Source: Candidatus Poriferisodalis sp.
GTDB taxonomy: Bacteria; Actinomycetota; Acidimicrobiia; Acidimicrobiales; Poriferisodalaceae
Reading direction: 5' to 3'
Length of the DNA stretch: 64,000 bases
Assembly: GCA_965221195.1 (NCBI GenBank)
Contig: OZ244864.1
Span: 2,006,219 to 2,070,218 of the forward strand
Made by a program: the position numbers and the translations under genes. Of the stretch, positions 8,837 to 18,049 are shown piece by piece; position 1 is the stretch's first letter; each line of letters begins with the position of its first letter. The notes under the pieces were generated by a model. It was not told where the DNA came from. It did no database searches and saw only the letters and a program-made list of their open reading frames with translations.

Positions 8837-8924
8837 ATCGTCAGGTGCTGTTGGCGTAGACACGAAATCAATTCGTTTGCGTGTGGCAGATCGGTGTAAG
8901 GATGCGCAGTCGAAAGGGGAGTCC

Positions 8925-10241
8925 GTGACGGCTGAGGTTGTGATCCTGAATCGTGAAGCCGTAGCTGTCGCGGCAGACAGCGCGGCCACCGTCGTCGGCC
9001 GAGGCCCCAAGATCTACAACACTGCCAACAAGCTGTTCCTCCTCTCGTCGGTGGCACCAGTGGCGGTGATGATCTACGGCGCAGGCACATTTGGCCCTGT
9101 CCCTTGGGAGACGGTTGTGAAGGAGTACCGCAGGACACGCGGTGCCCGATCCTTCGGGACGGTCGCTGAGTACGCCGCTGACTTCATCGACCATCTGGCA
9201 GACCTGACTCAGCATGTGACCCGGGCCGAGCAACTTGAGCGTGTCTTGATGACTGCGCGCTGGGAGCTTGAGGCGATCCGCGGCGTTGTGGAAGATGAAG
9301 TCACTGATGCAATGGCCGATGGCACTGCACTGGACGACTCCGCGGTCATTGGGCGCATCCTTGCCGAAATCGAGGCAGCTATCGAGCGACTCACCGGCAG
9401 CACATTCATTGAAGGACTTGGCGCCACGGTCGTTGAGCGCGAGATCGGCAGCGCTGTGCCTGATTGGCCCGGCCTTGTCGCTGCTGCCTTCTGGGGTATG
9501 CCTGTTGACGCTCGCGTTGTTCGTCGTGCAAGGGTTCTCGTGTGCACATCGTTGCGGTTGGCGGATCGGTCGCCTAGAAGCGGTGGAGTGGTCGTGACGG
9601 GGTTCGGTGAATCTGAGATATTTCCCGCGCTTTCGCACTATCTCCTTGACGGCGTGGTAGCGAACCGAGTACGAGCACGGTCGGACGGCGGCCTCAGTAT
9701 CGGTGGCGACCGGTCGGCAAGTATCTGCCCGTTTGCGCAAGAGGACATGGTTGCCGCGTTCATGGACGGCGTGCATCCCGGCTTCCGATTGGCTCTTGAT
9801 GAGTTCGTGGACAGCACCGTAGCCATGCTCATCGAGCGCCTCTGCGGCATCGTCAAAGACTCGCTTACCGCAGCGGCCTACGGGCAACTGCAAGACGAGA
9901 TGCGTGAGGCTCGGGACTGGGTCACCACGCACTTCGAGAGCGAGCTGGCGGAATATCTTGAGCGGAACAATTCAGGGCCGATCATGTCGGTTGTGGAGGT
10001 GCTGCCCAAAGAGGAGCTGGCAGCGATGGCCGAGGCGCTCGTGAACCTGACCTCGTTCAAGCGAAGAGTCACACCTGGGGTTGAGACTGTGGGCGGCCCC
10101 ATCGATGTCGCTGTGATATCAAAGGGCGACGGTCTCGTGTGGATCAAGCGCAAGCACTATTTCGACCCTGATCTGAATTATCGGTACTTTGAACGCGACC
10201 GCCGACTCAGCTATTCTCGCAGACCAGAAGGAGCATCATGA
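8925..10241 (+). CDS. proteasome-beta/HslV-like Ntn-hydrolase domain protein with large helical insertions
   Basis: GTG at 8925 with AAGGGGAG a few nt upstream, and codon 2 is Thr. TAEVVILNREAVAVAADSAATVVGRGPKIYNTANKLFLL..IYGAGTF parallels HslV [44 protein letters not shown] (recalled from memory). Later motifs are VVVTGFGESE and VGGPIDVAVISKGDGLVWI. Confidence 0.7.
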   Translation: MTAEVVILNREAVAVAADSAATVVGRGPKIYNTANKLFLLSSVAPVAVMIYGAGTFGPVPWETVVKEYRRTRGARSFGTVAEYAADFIDHLADLTQHVTRAEQLERVLMTARWELEAIRGVVEDEVTDAMADGTALDDSAVIGRILAEIEAAIERLTGSTFIEGLGATVVEREIGSAVPDWPGLVAAAFWGMPVDARVVRRARVLVCTSLRLADRSPRSGGVVVTGFGESEIFPALSHYLLDGVVANRVRARSDGGLSIGGDRSASICPFAQEDMVAAFMDGVHPGFRLALDEFVDSTVAMLIERLCGIVKDSLTAAAYGQLQDEMREARDWVTTHFESELAEYLERNNSGPIMSVVEVLPKEELAAMAEALVNLTSFKRRVTPGVETVGGPIDVAVISKGDGLVWIKRKHYFDPDLNYRYFERDRRLSYSRRPEGAS

Positions 10242-10417
10242 CACAGTCACAATATGACGACCTCCGAGAGCGGCTTGCCCGGTCGCGGGCGATCCGGCTC
10301 CTGCCAGGGCCGACAAGACCAGAGGATCCGCGTGAGTTCGGACGCCGGGCCGCCCAGAAAGTCTTCGACCGGTACGTGGAGTCACGGGAACAGCGAGAGG
10401 CCACCGAGAAAAGCTGA
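10238..10417 (+). CDS. 59-aa charged protein translationally coupled to the Ntn-hydrolase gene
   Basis: Its ATG overlaps the upstream TGA (ATGA at 10238-10241). MTQSQYDDLRERLARSRAIRLLPGPTRPEDPREFGRRAAQKVFDRYVESREQREATEKS. It is one codon below the 60-aa cutoff of the ORF track. Confidence 0.4.
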   Translation: MTQSQYDDLRERLARSRAIRLLPGPTRPEDPREFGRRAAQKVFDRYVESREQREATEKS

Positions 10418-10629
10418 CGCTGACTCCGCCGCTTGTCTATCTTCGGGGTGCCGTTGGCGAGCGGGCGGCAGGACGATGCAGTAGCGACTGATGCTTCACC
10501 GAGCCTTGGCTCGCGGCTTCGTGAGGCCGATTCGTGATGGCGCACGACTCGCTCACTATGGCCGACTACCAACACCGCTAGAGCGCTTCATGGCGCGGGC
10601 GCCGTGCCGAGGGGCGAGAATGGGTACTC

Positions 10630-12193
10630 ATGGTGACGGGTGAACTGAAACGGCAGATCGATGCGGTGTGGAACGACTTCTGGTCGGGCGGCATCTCGAA
10701 CCCACTGGAGGTGATGGAGCAGCTCACCTATCTGCTGTTTGTCAAAGCGCTCGACGAGCAGCAGACCTTGGCTCACAATAAGGCGAACCGCACGGGCCAG
10801 CCGATCCCTGCCGACGACGACATCTTCCCCGACGGCGGGCAGTTCCGGCCCGAGGGCCGTGCTGATGCCCGTCCGTACAGCGATCTGCGCTGGTCACAGT
10901 TCAAGCACCTTCCGGCTGCTGAAATGTTTGATGTCGTTGAGAACTACGTGTTCCCCTTCTTGCAGGCACGGGCCGCCAAGAGCACCCACGCGCAGCACAT
11001 GCGCGACGCCCGGCTGACGATCCCCACGGCGACGCTCCTGCAGAAGGCTGTCGATGGGCTAGATGCAGTCGAGATGGCCGACCGCGACACCAAAGGCGAC
11101 GTGTATGAGTACATGCTCTCCAAGATCGCCACCGCCGGCCAAAACGGGCAGTTCCGCACACCGCGGCACATCATTGAACTGATGGTTGAGATGACCGCCC
11201 CCCAGCCAGACGACACCATCTGCGACCCCGCCAGCGGCACCTGCGGGTTCTTGGTGGGCGCCGGGGAGTACATCCGGCGTGAGCATCCGAGCGTGCTCAC
11301 CGATCCCAAGGGGTCGATGCATTTTCACAACAAGATGTTCTCGGGCTACGACTTTGACAACACGATGCTGCGCATCGGATCGATGAATATGCAACTCCAC
11401 GGCGTGCAGAACCCGCGTATCAGCTACCGAGATTCGTTGGCCGAAAGCCACGCCGATGACGCTGAGGCCTACAGTCTGATTCTCGCCAACCCGCCGTTCG
11501 CTGGCTCGCTCGACTATGAGGGCACCGCCAAAGACCTCTTGGCGGTTGCTCGCACCAAAAAGACCGAACTGTTGTTTATTGCGCTGTTTTTGCGGCTGCT
11601 CAAGCCCGGCGGACGAGCGGCGGTGATCGTGCCCGACGGGGTGCTGTTTGGTTCAACTAAGGCGCACAAAGAACTGCGCCGTATCTTGGTAGAAGACCAC
11701 AAGCTCGACGGCATCGTTTCGTTGCCAGGTGGTGTATTTAAGCCGTACGCCGGGGTTTCCACAGCGATCTTGCTGTTTACCAAAACTAACTCTGGTGGCA
11801 CCGACCTCGTCTGGTTTTACGACCTTCAGGCTGATGGTTACAGCCTTGACGACAAGCGCACTCCCCTGCTGGACGACGACAAGCTGGGCACAAAGGTTGA
11901 GTTGATTGCGGGGGGGGGGGGGGGGGCATTCCAAGAACAACCTGCCCGATGCACTCGCTCGTTGGAAGCAGCGTGACGGATCTGAGTTAGAGCGCTCTCG
12001 CACCGATCAATCGTTCTGCGTTCCCAAGGTTGACATAGCCGCCAACGATTACGACCTCAGCATCAACCGCTACAAGGAGATCGTCTACGACGAAATCGAG
12101 TACGAACCGCCGACTGTGATCCTCGACGAGCTTGCCGATCTCGAACGGGAGATCCTGGCAGGTATCGACGATCTAAAGGCAACCTTAGGATGA
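10630..12193 (+). CDS. hsdM: type I R-M methyltransferase subunit HsdM, reading frame broken at a G17 tract
   Basis: HsdM N-terminal domain (IDAVWNDFWSGGISNPLEVMEQLTYLLFVKAL), FRTPRHI and the NPPFAG catalytic motif. The frame from 10630 stops at 11976. The conserved HsdM C-terminus (NNLPDALARWKQRD...NDYDLSINRYKE) continues in the next frame to 12193. Removing one G restores a single ORF. Confidence 0.85.
11910..11926. repeat. homopolymer G17 inside hsdM
   Basis: Counted directly: the g at 11910 plus 16 further g up to 11926. Confidence 0.95.
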
Positions 12194-13155
12194 GGGGACA
12201 ATTGAGACTCGTCATCGATCGAGCGTTCGATGAACTCTGGCAGCCACTTACGAATCACGATGACTGCCCTGCGAGTGTTTTTGGTGAGGTTTTTACTGGC
12301 TTGCGCCCATTCCTTCGTGAACCTGAACCGGAGTTCGTAAAAGAAGAAGACAACGGCCCAATTCGCAACAAAGCCACCAACTTCGACGATCAAGCCTTAT
12401 GTGCAATGAGTGACCCGAAGACCGCCGAAATTCTGCTGAAAAACTTATCAAAGGAGAGTTTCATATCGGAAAATGACACCCGCCGAGCCGCCAGTAGCAC
12501 TTGGGAGATTCTTGTCGATATCGCAACCGAAGATCTTGCGAAAGAATACGTGAGCCTTCTTAAGAATTTTATTGAACGTTATAACTTGCGCTACTATGTT
12601 GGCGAGAATGCCCAACTCTGGATTTCTTTTTCTGGACTTGCTACATCGCTGTTCGGCCAACTCCGCTTTATAGCGCAGGGTCATCCTCATCTTCTACAAC
12701 AGCTTAACGAATTCGAACAGACATTAGCTGAATGCCTGAATCAACCTTCAGAGAATCGAATCAAGACCTCGATCCAAAAACAAACGAACCTGCTGGAAGC
12801 CTTCGGTTCACAAAACGGCCTCATTTCTGGCAACACGCTCGGGGCTATGCTCGATCAGGCAAATAACTGGCCGCACACCAGTCTTTGCGATGCCGCGAAA
12901 AATTTATACAAGTTTGCGTCTGATTATCCAGGTATTCGTCACGGAGGTAACTTTGACTCATCTAATCGCGCACTGGACCTGCGTGATCTCAGCAGCGTCA
13001 CGCTTTCACTCGTCGGACTCGCCGCGTACATGGCTGACGGTTTTGAGGAGCAAGTTGCCTCCGCCATACAGGGTGACCTTCTTCCAACCGTCACTCTTAG
13101 CAGTGTTGCAACGCCTTCGCCTCCAACATGTAGAGACAAGACGAACCAACTATGA
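12190..13155 (+). CDS. hypothetical protein embedded between hsdM and hsdS (low GC)
   Basis: 321-aa ORF. ATGA overlaps occur at both ends (12190-12193 with the hsdM stop, 13152-13155 with the hsdS start). It is visibly AT-richer than its neighbours, and I recognise no family. Confidence 0.7.
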   Translation: MRGQLRLVIDRAFDELWQPLTNHDDCPASVFGEVFTGLRPFLREPEPEFVKEEDNGPIRNKATNFDDQALCAMSDPKTAEILLKNLSKESFISENDTRRAASSTWEILVDIATEDLAKEYVSLLKNFIERYNLRYYVGENAQLWISFSGLATSLFGQLRFIAQGHPHLLQQLNEFEQTLAECLNQPSENRIKTSIQKQTNLLEAFGSQNGLISGNTLGAMLDQANNWPHTSLCDAAKNLYKFASDYPGIRHGGNFDSSNRALDLRDLSSVTLSLVGLAAYMADGFEEQVASAIQGDLLPTVTLSSVATPSPPTCRDKTNQL

Positions 13156-14339
13156 CAGGATTTTCTGGGTTCGAAGAAATGACAGATGACGTGAAGTGGC
13201 CCATAGTGCCCGTTCGAGATGTAGCCACCGCAGAAAGGAATGCAGTTTCAGCGGATCAGGTCCACGGAGATGAGTTGTACGTTGGATTGGAGAATGTGAC
13301 TAGTGACGGAGTCTTCGAAAACGTGGTAGTTGCAAGCAAGGCAAACTTGAAGAGTAACAAATTCGCGTTTACGGAGGATCATGTGCTCTACGGCAAGCTA
13401 CGCCCGTACCTCGCCAAAATAGCCGCACCTGACTTCGCTGGCATCTGCAGCACCGACATACTCCCTATTAGGCCAAGTACCAGACTTGACCGCCGCTACC
13501 TGCTGTATTTTCTGCGAACACCGATGATGGTTGCCCGTGCGGCGAGCAATGCCGTGGGGATAAATCTTCCCCGACTGAACCCGAAGACATTGGAGTCATT
13601 CGAGATTCCGTTGCCGCCGATTGGGGAGCAGAGGCGGATTGCGGCGATATTGGATGCGGCTGATGCTCTCCGAGCGAAGCGTCGTCAAACTCTCGCCAAG
13701 CTCGACGATCTGACGCAATCAATCTTCCACGAACAGTTCATTCGTGCGAACGGGTGGCCGGGTTCGTTGGACACGACACTTGGTGAGATAGCGGAGATTG
13801 TATCAGGCTCGACACCCAAAACCGGTGTCGAGCGTTACTGGAACGGTGATGTCTGGTGGGCGACACCGAAGGACCTAAGTGAAATCACGAGTCCGTATAT
13901 CGATGCTACTGAGCGCACGCTGTCTGAGGCTGGCCTCCAGAGCTGCTCTGCCTCCGTCTTGCCTGCCCATTCCGTCCTCTTGAGTTCGCGGGCCCCAATC
14001 GGATACGTAGCTATCAATACTACCCCCATGGCCACCAACCAAGGATTCAAGAATTTCGTCCTTGATTCGAAGTGTGTCGATCCTAGGTTTCTCTATTCTT
14101 GGTTGCGTTTCCACCGTCCACAGCTGCAGGCAATGGGAAGTGGTGCGACCTTCAAAGAGATATCCAAGAGAACCGTCTCTTCGGTACCGATTCGCTTGCC
14201 GACAATCGAGAAACAACGTGAATTTGGCGAGGTGTTTGACAAGGCCGAGGCGCTGCGAATCACAGCGGAACATGAATTGACGATGCATGACACGTTGTTT
14301 GCTTCACTACAGCAGCGGGCGTTTCGGGGGGAACTGTGA
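13152..14339 (+). CDS. hsdS: type I R-M specificity subunit HsdS
   Basis: 395 aa with two target-recognition halves separated by a conserved helix (LPPIGEQRRIAAILDAADALRAKRRQTLAKLDDLTQSIF). The C-terminal helix is LPTIEKQREFGEVFDKAEALR. Confidence 0.85.
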   Translation: MTGFSGFEEMTDDVKWPIVPVRDVATAERNAVSADQVHGDELYVGLENVTSDGVFENVVVASKANLKSNKFAFTEDHVLYGKLRPYLAKIAAPDFAGICSTDILPIRPSTRLDRRYLLYFLRTPMMVARAASNAVGINLPRLNPKTLESFEIPLPPIGEQRRIAAILDAADALRAKRRQTLAKLDDLTQSIFHEQFIRANGWPGSLDTTLGEIAEIVSGSTPKTGVERYWNGDVWWATPKDLSEITSPYIDATERTLSEAGLQSCSASVLPAHSVLLSSRAPIGYVAINTTPMATNQGFKNFVLDSKCVDPRFLYSWLRFHRPQLQAMGSGATFKEISKRTVSSVPIRLPTIEKQREFGEVFDKAEALRITAEHELTMHDTLFASLQQRAFRGEL

Positions 14340-17300
14340 GCGGGTCGCAGTTCTCGTTTCTCGAAGCTGAGTTTCAGCCGCAGTTCGGTGCAGCGGCTCG
14401 GGCTGAGGGCTACACCCTGTCCGACCCCGGCGCAGCGGTGATCTATGCACGCAAATGCCTGGAGTCAGCCGTCACATGGATGTACCAGCACGACCCGTCG
14501 CTGCCTGCGCCGTACGATGACACGCTCGGTGCACGGCTGAACAACCCAGCTTTCCAAGCACTCGAAGATGGTCGCATTTTTGAGGCGGCACGCAAGGTTC
14601 AGCGAGCCGGCAACCGTGCAGCACACGAATCGAAAGCGCCGTCGAAGCTCGAAGCGGTCGAGGTCGTCTCGGCGCTGTTCGGGTTCTGTCTGTGGTTCGC
14701 ATTCACCTACGGGCGCGCATCGAAGCCTGATCCGTCGCAGCGGTTCAACCCGCACCTGCTGCTCGACGCGGGTGAAGCCGAGCGGGCCTCGCTGCGCCAG
14801 CGCCAAGAACTCGAGCAACGTCTTGAGCGCGAGTCTGCCGAGCTTGCCACTGCTCAGCAGCGACTGGCCGAATCGACACGCAGCGCTGAAGAACTACACA
14901 CCGAGCTGGCGAATCTGCGGGCAGAGGTGGCCGCTGCCAAGAAGCAGGCAGCCGAGACCGTCCCGCCCGACGCGTTCGACTGGTCTGAAGCCGAAACTCG
15001 CAAGTTCAAGATCGATGCGCTGCTGGCCGAAGCCGGTTGGACCGATCTCGCCGAAGGCCGCGACACCGAATACGAAGTGCATGGCATGCCGTCGGAGTCG
15101 GGCGTTGGCTACGTCGACTATGTGCTGTGGGGTGCCGATGGCAAACCGCTCGCCGTGATAGAGGCCAAGAAAGCCTTAGCCGATCCGAAGATCGGCACCC
15201 AACAAGCCAAGCTGTATGCCGATTGTTTAGAAACCGAGACCGGCCAACGGCCAGTCATCTACGCCAGCAACGGTTATGAGCATTGGCTGTGGGACGACAC
15301 CCAGTATCCACCTCGCCAAGTGCAAGGGTTCTGCACCCGCGACGAACTGGCTTTGCTCATTGCGCGGCGTACGGCTCGCATGTCGCTGGCGTCGCTGGAC
15401 GTAGACGGGCAGATCGTTGACCGTCACTATCAGCGGCGAGCGATCAGCGCCATCGCCGAGCACTTCGAGCACGCCAACCAGCGCAAGGCACTGCTGGTGA
15501 TGGCCACCGGCGCAGGCAAAACCCGCACGGTGATTGCTTTGACGGATCTCTTGATGCGAGCCGGATGGGTGAAGCGGGTGCTGTTTTTGGCGGATCGCAC
15601 AGCGCTCGTACACCAAGCCGCACACGCCTTCAAGACGCACCTACCCAATGCGGCACCGGTGAACTTGGTGACCGAACCCAACGTAGACGGACGAGTGTAT
15701 GTATCTACCTATCAGACGATGGTCGGCAAGATCGACGAGTATCGGCGCAACGGCATTCGCCGGTTCGGTGTGGGGTATTTCGACTTGGTGGTTATCGATG
15801 AAGCGCACCGGTCGGTGTATCGCAAATACCGGGGCATCTTCGACTATTTCGACTCGTTGCTGGTGGGCCTCACTGCGACCCCCAAAGACGAGGTCGACAA
15901 GAACACCTACGACTTGTTTGATCTTGAGACTGGCGTGCCCACCGACGCGTATTCACTTGAAGATGCCATTGGTGACGACTATTTGGTGCCGCCTCGGGGC
16001 GTGTCGGTTGAACTCAAGTTCGTGCGTGAAGGCATCAGATACGACGAACTCTCCGATGACGAGAAAGACACTTGGGACGAACTCGACTGGGGCGAAGATG
16101 ATGAGGGCGATCCCCTAGCGCCGCCAGAGGCCGTTGATGCCGCCGAACTCAACAAATGGTTGTTCAACCGCGACACCGTCGACCGGGTGCTCGAATACCT
16201 GATGGTCGAGGGCATTAAGGTAGCTGGTGGCGACCGGCTCGCCAAGACGATCATTTTCGCCAAAAATCAAAAGCACGCCGAGTTCATAAAAGAACGCTTC
16301 GATGCCAACTATCCAGCCCTCGATGCTGGCAATTTCGCGCGGGTTATCACCCATCAGACGAGCTACGCCCAGAGCCTGATCGACGATTTTTCCAACAAAA
16401 CCAGGTCGCCGCATATCGCTATCAGCGTTGACATGCTCGACACCGGCATAGATGTGCCCGAGGTCGCCAACTTGGTGTTTTTCAAGCCGGTGCATTCCAA
16501 GACCAAGTTCTGGCAAATGTTGGGCCGCGGCACCCGACTGTGCGCCGACTTGTTCGGCCCCGGTGAGCGCAAGACTCACTTCAACGTGCTTGACTTCTGC
16601 GGGAACCTCGAGCATTTCAACCAGCCACTGGCGCCAGCAAAGACATCGAGCGGACGTTCGCTCAGCGAGATTTTGTTCTCGACCCGTCTGGAATTGTTGA
16701 GCACACTCGACGCGCTGGCGGGCTTCGGCGATGAGCGAGTGGAGGTTGCGGCGACGCTGCAACAGGCCGTGGCGTCGATGAACCCCGACAACTTCTTAGT
16801 GCGCCCGCACTTGGAGCTAGTTGAGCGGTTCAGTGCGCCAGAAGCGTGGGAAACAGTATCGCTGGCGGACTTGGCCGAACTCAACGAGCGGGTGGCCAGC
16901 CTTGCTGACCAGCTCAACGCCGACCACGAAGACGCCAAATGCTTCGACGTGGTGATGCTGAATGCGCAGTTGGGTCTGCTGCGAAGCGAGCCCAAGCCGT
17001 TTGAGCGACAGCGGCAGCGAGTCATGCGCGTGGCATCCGCCTTGGCCGACTTGGGCACATCCATTCCCGTGGTGGCTCAGCAACAAGAACTGATCGCAGA
17101 CATACAGACCGACGAGTGGTGGACCGATGTCACCTATCCGATGCTCGAAGATGCCCGCAAGCGATTGCGGAACCTCACTCAGCTCATCGTTCGTGCCGAC
17201 AAAAAGGTTCTCTACAGCGACTTCGCCGATGAGTTCGGCGGTGCCAGTGTGATTGACCTGCCCGGCGGTGGCAAGCCGGGCGGCAGTCACGATGTTGCCG

Positions 17301-17785
17301 ATGACAGCAGTGATGAGTTCGCACAGTTCCGCCGCAAGGCGCAGCATTTCTTGAAGGAGAACCTTGCCGAAGGTGTCGTAGCCAAAGTTCGCAGCGGCGA
17401 GCCGCTCACCCAGCACGACATGGATGAACTCCAGCGAGTGCTGGTGGCCGCCGGCATCGGCGACGACTCAACGTTCGCCAAGGCATCACGGCGGGCTGGC
17501 AGCTTTGGGTTGTTTGTCCGCTCGCTGGTGGGGCTCGACCGAGCCGCTGCCAAGCGCGCCTTTGCCAAGTTCCTCAACGACAAGCGCTACAGCGTCAACC
17601 AGATCCGCTTCGTGGAGCTGGTGATCGATTACCTCACCGAACATGGCACCGTAGAGCAACACCGCGTCTACGAATCGCCGTTCATCAGCGTCGCCCCACA
17701 AGGACCCGACGCCATCTTCGTATCCGACGACCTCGAAGAGTTCTTCAAAATCGTCGACCAATTCCACAAAACCGCCGCTGTTTAG
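14336..17785 (+). CDS. hsdR: type I restriction enzyme R subunit HsdR with N-terminal DUF4145/HEPN-like domain and coiled coil
   Basis: 1149 aa. The N-terminus has AARKVQRAGNRAAHE (DUF4145-like), followed by a coiled coil. The nuclease core is GYVDYVLWGADGKPLAVIEAKK. Helicase motifs are MATGAGKT, VIDEAH and GLTATP. GTGA overlap with hsdS. Confidence 0.9.
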   Translation: MSGSQFSFLEAEFQPQFGAAARAEGYTLSDPGAAVIYARKCLESAVTWMYQHDPSLPAPYDDTLGARLNNPAFQALEDGRIFEAARKVQRAGNRAAHESKAPSKLEAVEVVSALFGFCLWFAFTYGRASKPDPSQRFNPHLLLDAGEAERASLRQRQELEQRLERESAELATAQQRLAESTRSAEELHTELANLRAEVAAAKKQAAETVPPDAFDWSEAETRKFKIDALLAEAGWTDLAEGRDTEYEVHGMPSESGVGYVDYVLWGADGKPLAVIEAKKALADPKIGTQQAKLYADCLETETGQRPVIYASNGYEHWLWDDTQYPPRQVQGFCTRDELALLIARRTARMSLASLDVDGQIVDRHYQRRAISAIAEHFEHANQRKALLVMATGAGKTRTVIALTDLLMRAGWVKRVLFLADRTALVHQAAHAFKTHLPNAAPVNLVTEPNVDGRVYVSTYQTMVGKIDEYRRNGIRRFGVGYFDLVVIDEAHRSVYRKYRGIFDYFDSLLVGLTATPKDEVDKNTYDLFDLETGVPTDAYSLEDAIGDDYLVPPRGVSVELKFVREGIRYDELSDDEKDTWDELDWGEDDEGDPLAPPEAVDAAELNKWLFNRDTVDRVLEYLMVEGIKVAGGDRLAKTIIFAKNQKHAEFIKERFDANYPALDAGNFARVITHQTSYAQSLIDDFSNKTRSPHIAISVDMLDTGIDVPEVANLVFFKPVHSKTKFWQMLGRGTRLCADLFGPGERKTHFNVLDFCGNLEHFNQPLAPAKTSSGRSLSEILFSTRLELLSTLDALAGFGDERVEVAATLQQAVASMNPDNFLVRPHLELVERFSAPEAWETVSLADLAELNERVASLADQLNADHEDAKCFDVVMLNAQLGLLRSEPKPFERQRQRVMRVASALADLGTSIPVVAQQQELIADIQTDEWWTDVTYPMLEDARKRLRNLTQLIVRADKKVLYSDFADEFGGASVIDLPGGGKPGGSHDVADDSSDEFAQFRRKAQHFLKENLAEGVVAKVRSGEPLTQHDMDELQRVLVAAGIGDDSTFAKASRRAGSFGLFVRSLVGLDRAAAKRAFAKFLNDKRYSVNQIRFVELVIDYLTEHGTVEQHRVYESPFISVAPQGPDAIFVSDDLEEFFKIVDQFHKTAAV

Positions 17786-17940
17786 GCCATCATTGAGGCA
17801 GGAAGGCCGCTGCCCATGACCACACAACGCACCGTCGAACACCCCCCAGCACCAGCTTGTCAGGCGCGTCAACCAGCACCCCCGTCACCGTTGTCTGCGG
17901 TAACCACAACCGCACCGACATAACATCACAACACACCAAG

Positions 17941-18049
17941 GCCCTCCTAGGTGTAATGTTCATTGAGGTTGTTGACGCGGCTGGCGGGTGTGTTGCAGAT
18001 GGCCGAGTAGCCTAAATGCCCCAAGTGGTCAAGCACCCACGACGATGCC
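17941..18049 (-). pseudogene. relic fragment of the PLP-enzyme gene found intact at 20158-21729
   Basis: 17988-18049 matches 20565-20626 at 59 of 62 nt (hand alignment). The fragment encodes [20 protein letters not shown] versus [20 protein letters not shown] in the intact gene. Similarity decays outside this core. Confidence 0.5.

Noticed and set aside
8706-8924. 73-codon upstream extension of the Ntn-hydrolase ORF
   Set aside because: It overlaps the minus-strand mini-ORF and toxin gene region, is Arg/Ser-rich, and lacks an RBS. The GTG at 8925 has a strong RBS and yields an N-terminal Thr.
8868-9932. 354-aa minus-strand ORF opposite the Ntn-hydrolase gene
   Set aside because: Arg/His/Cys/Pro-rich composition with no motifs, fully antisense to a protein-like frame. 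It is a typical GC-rich shadow ORF.
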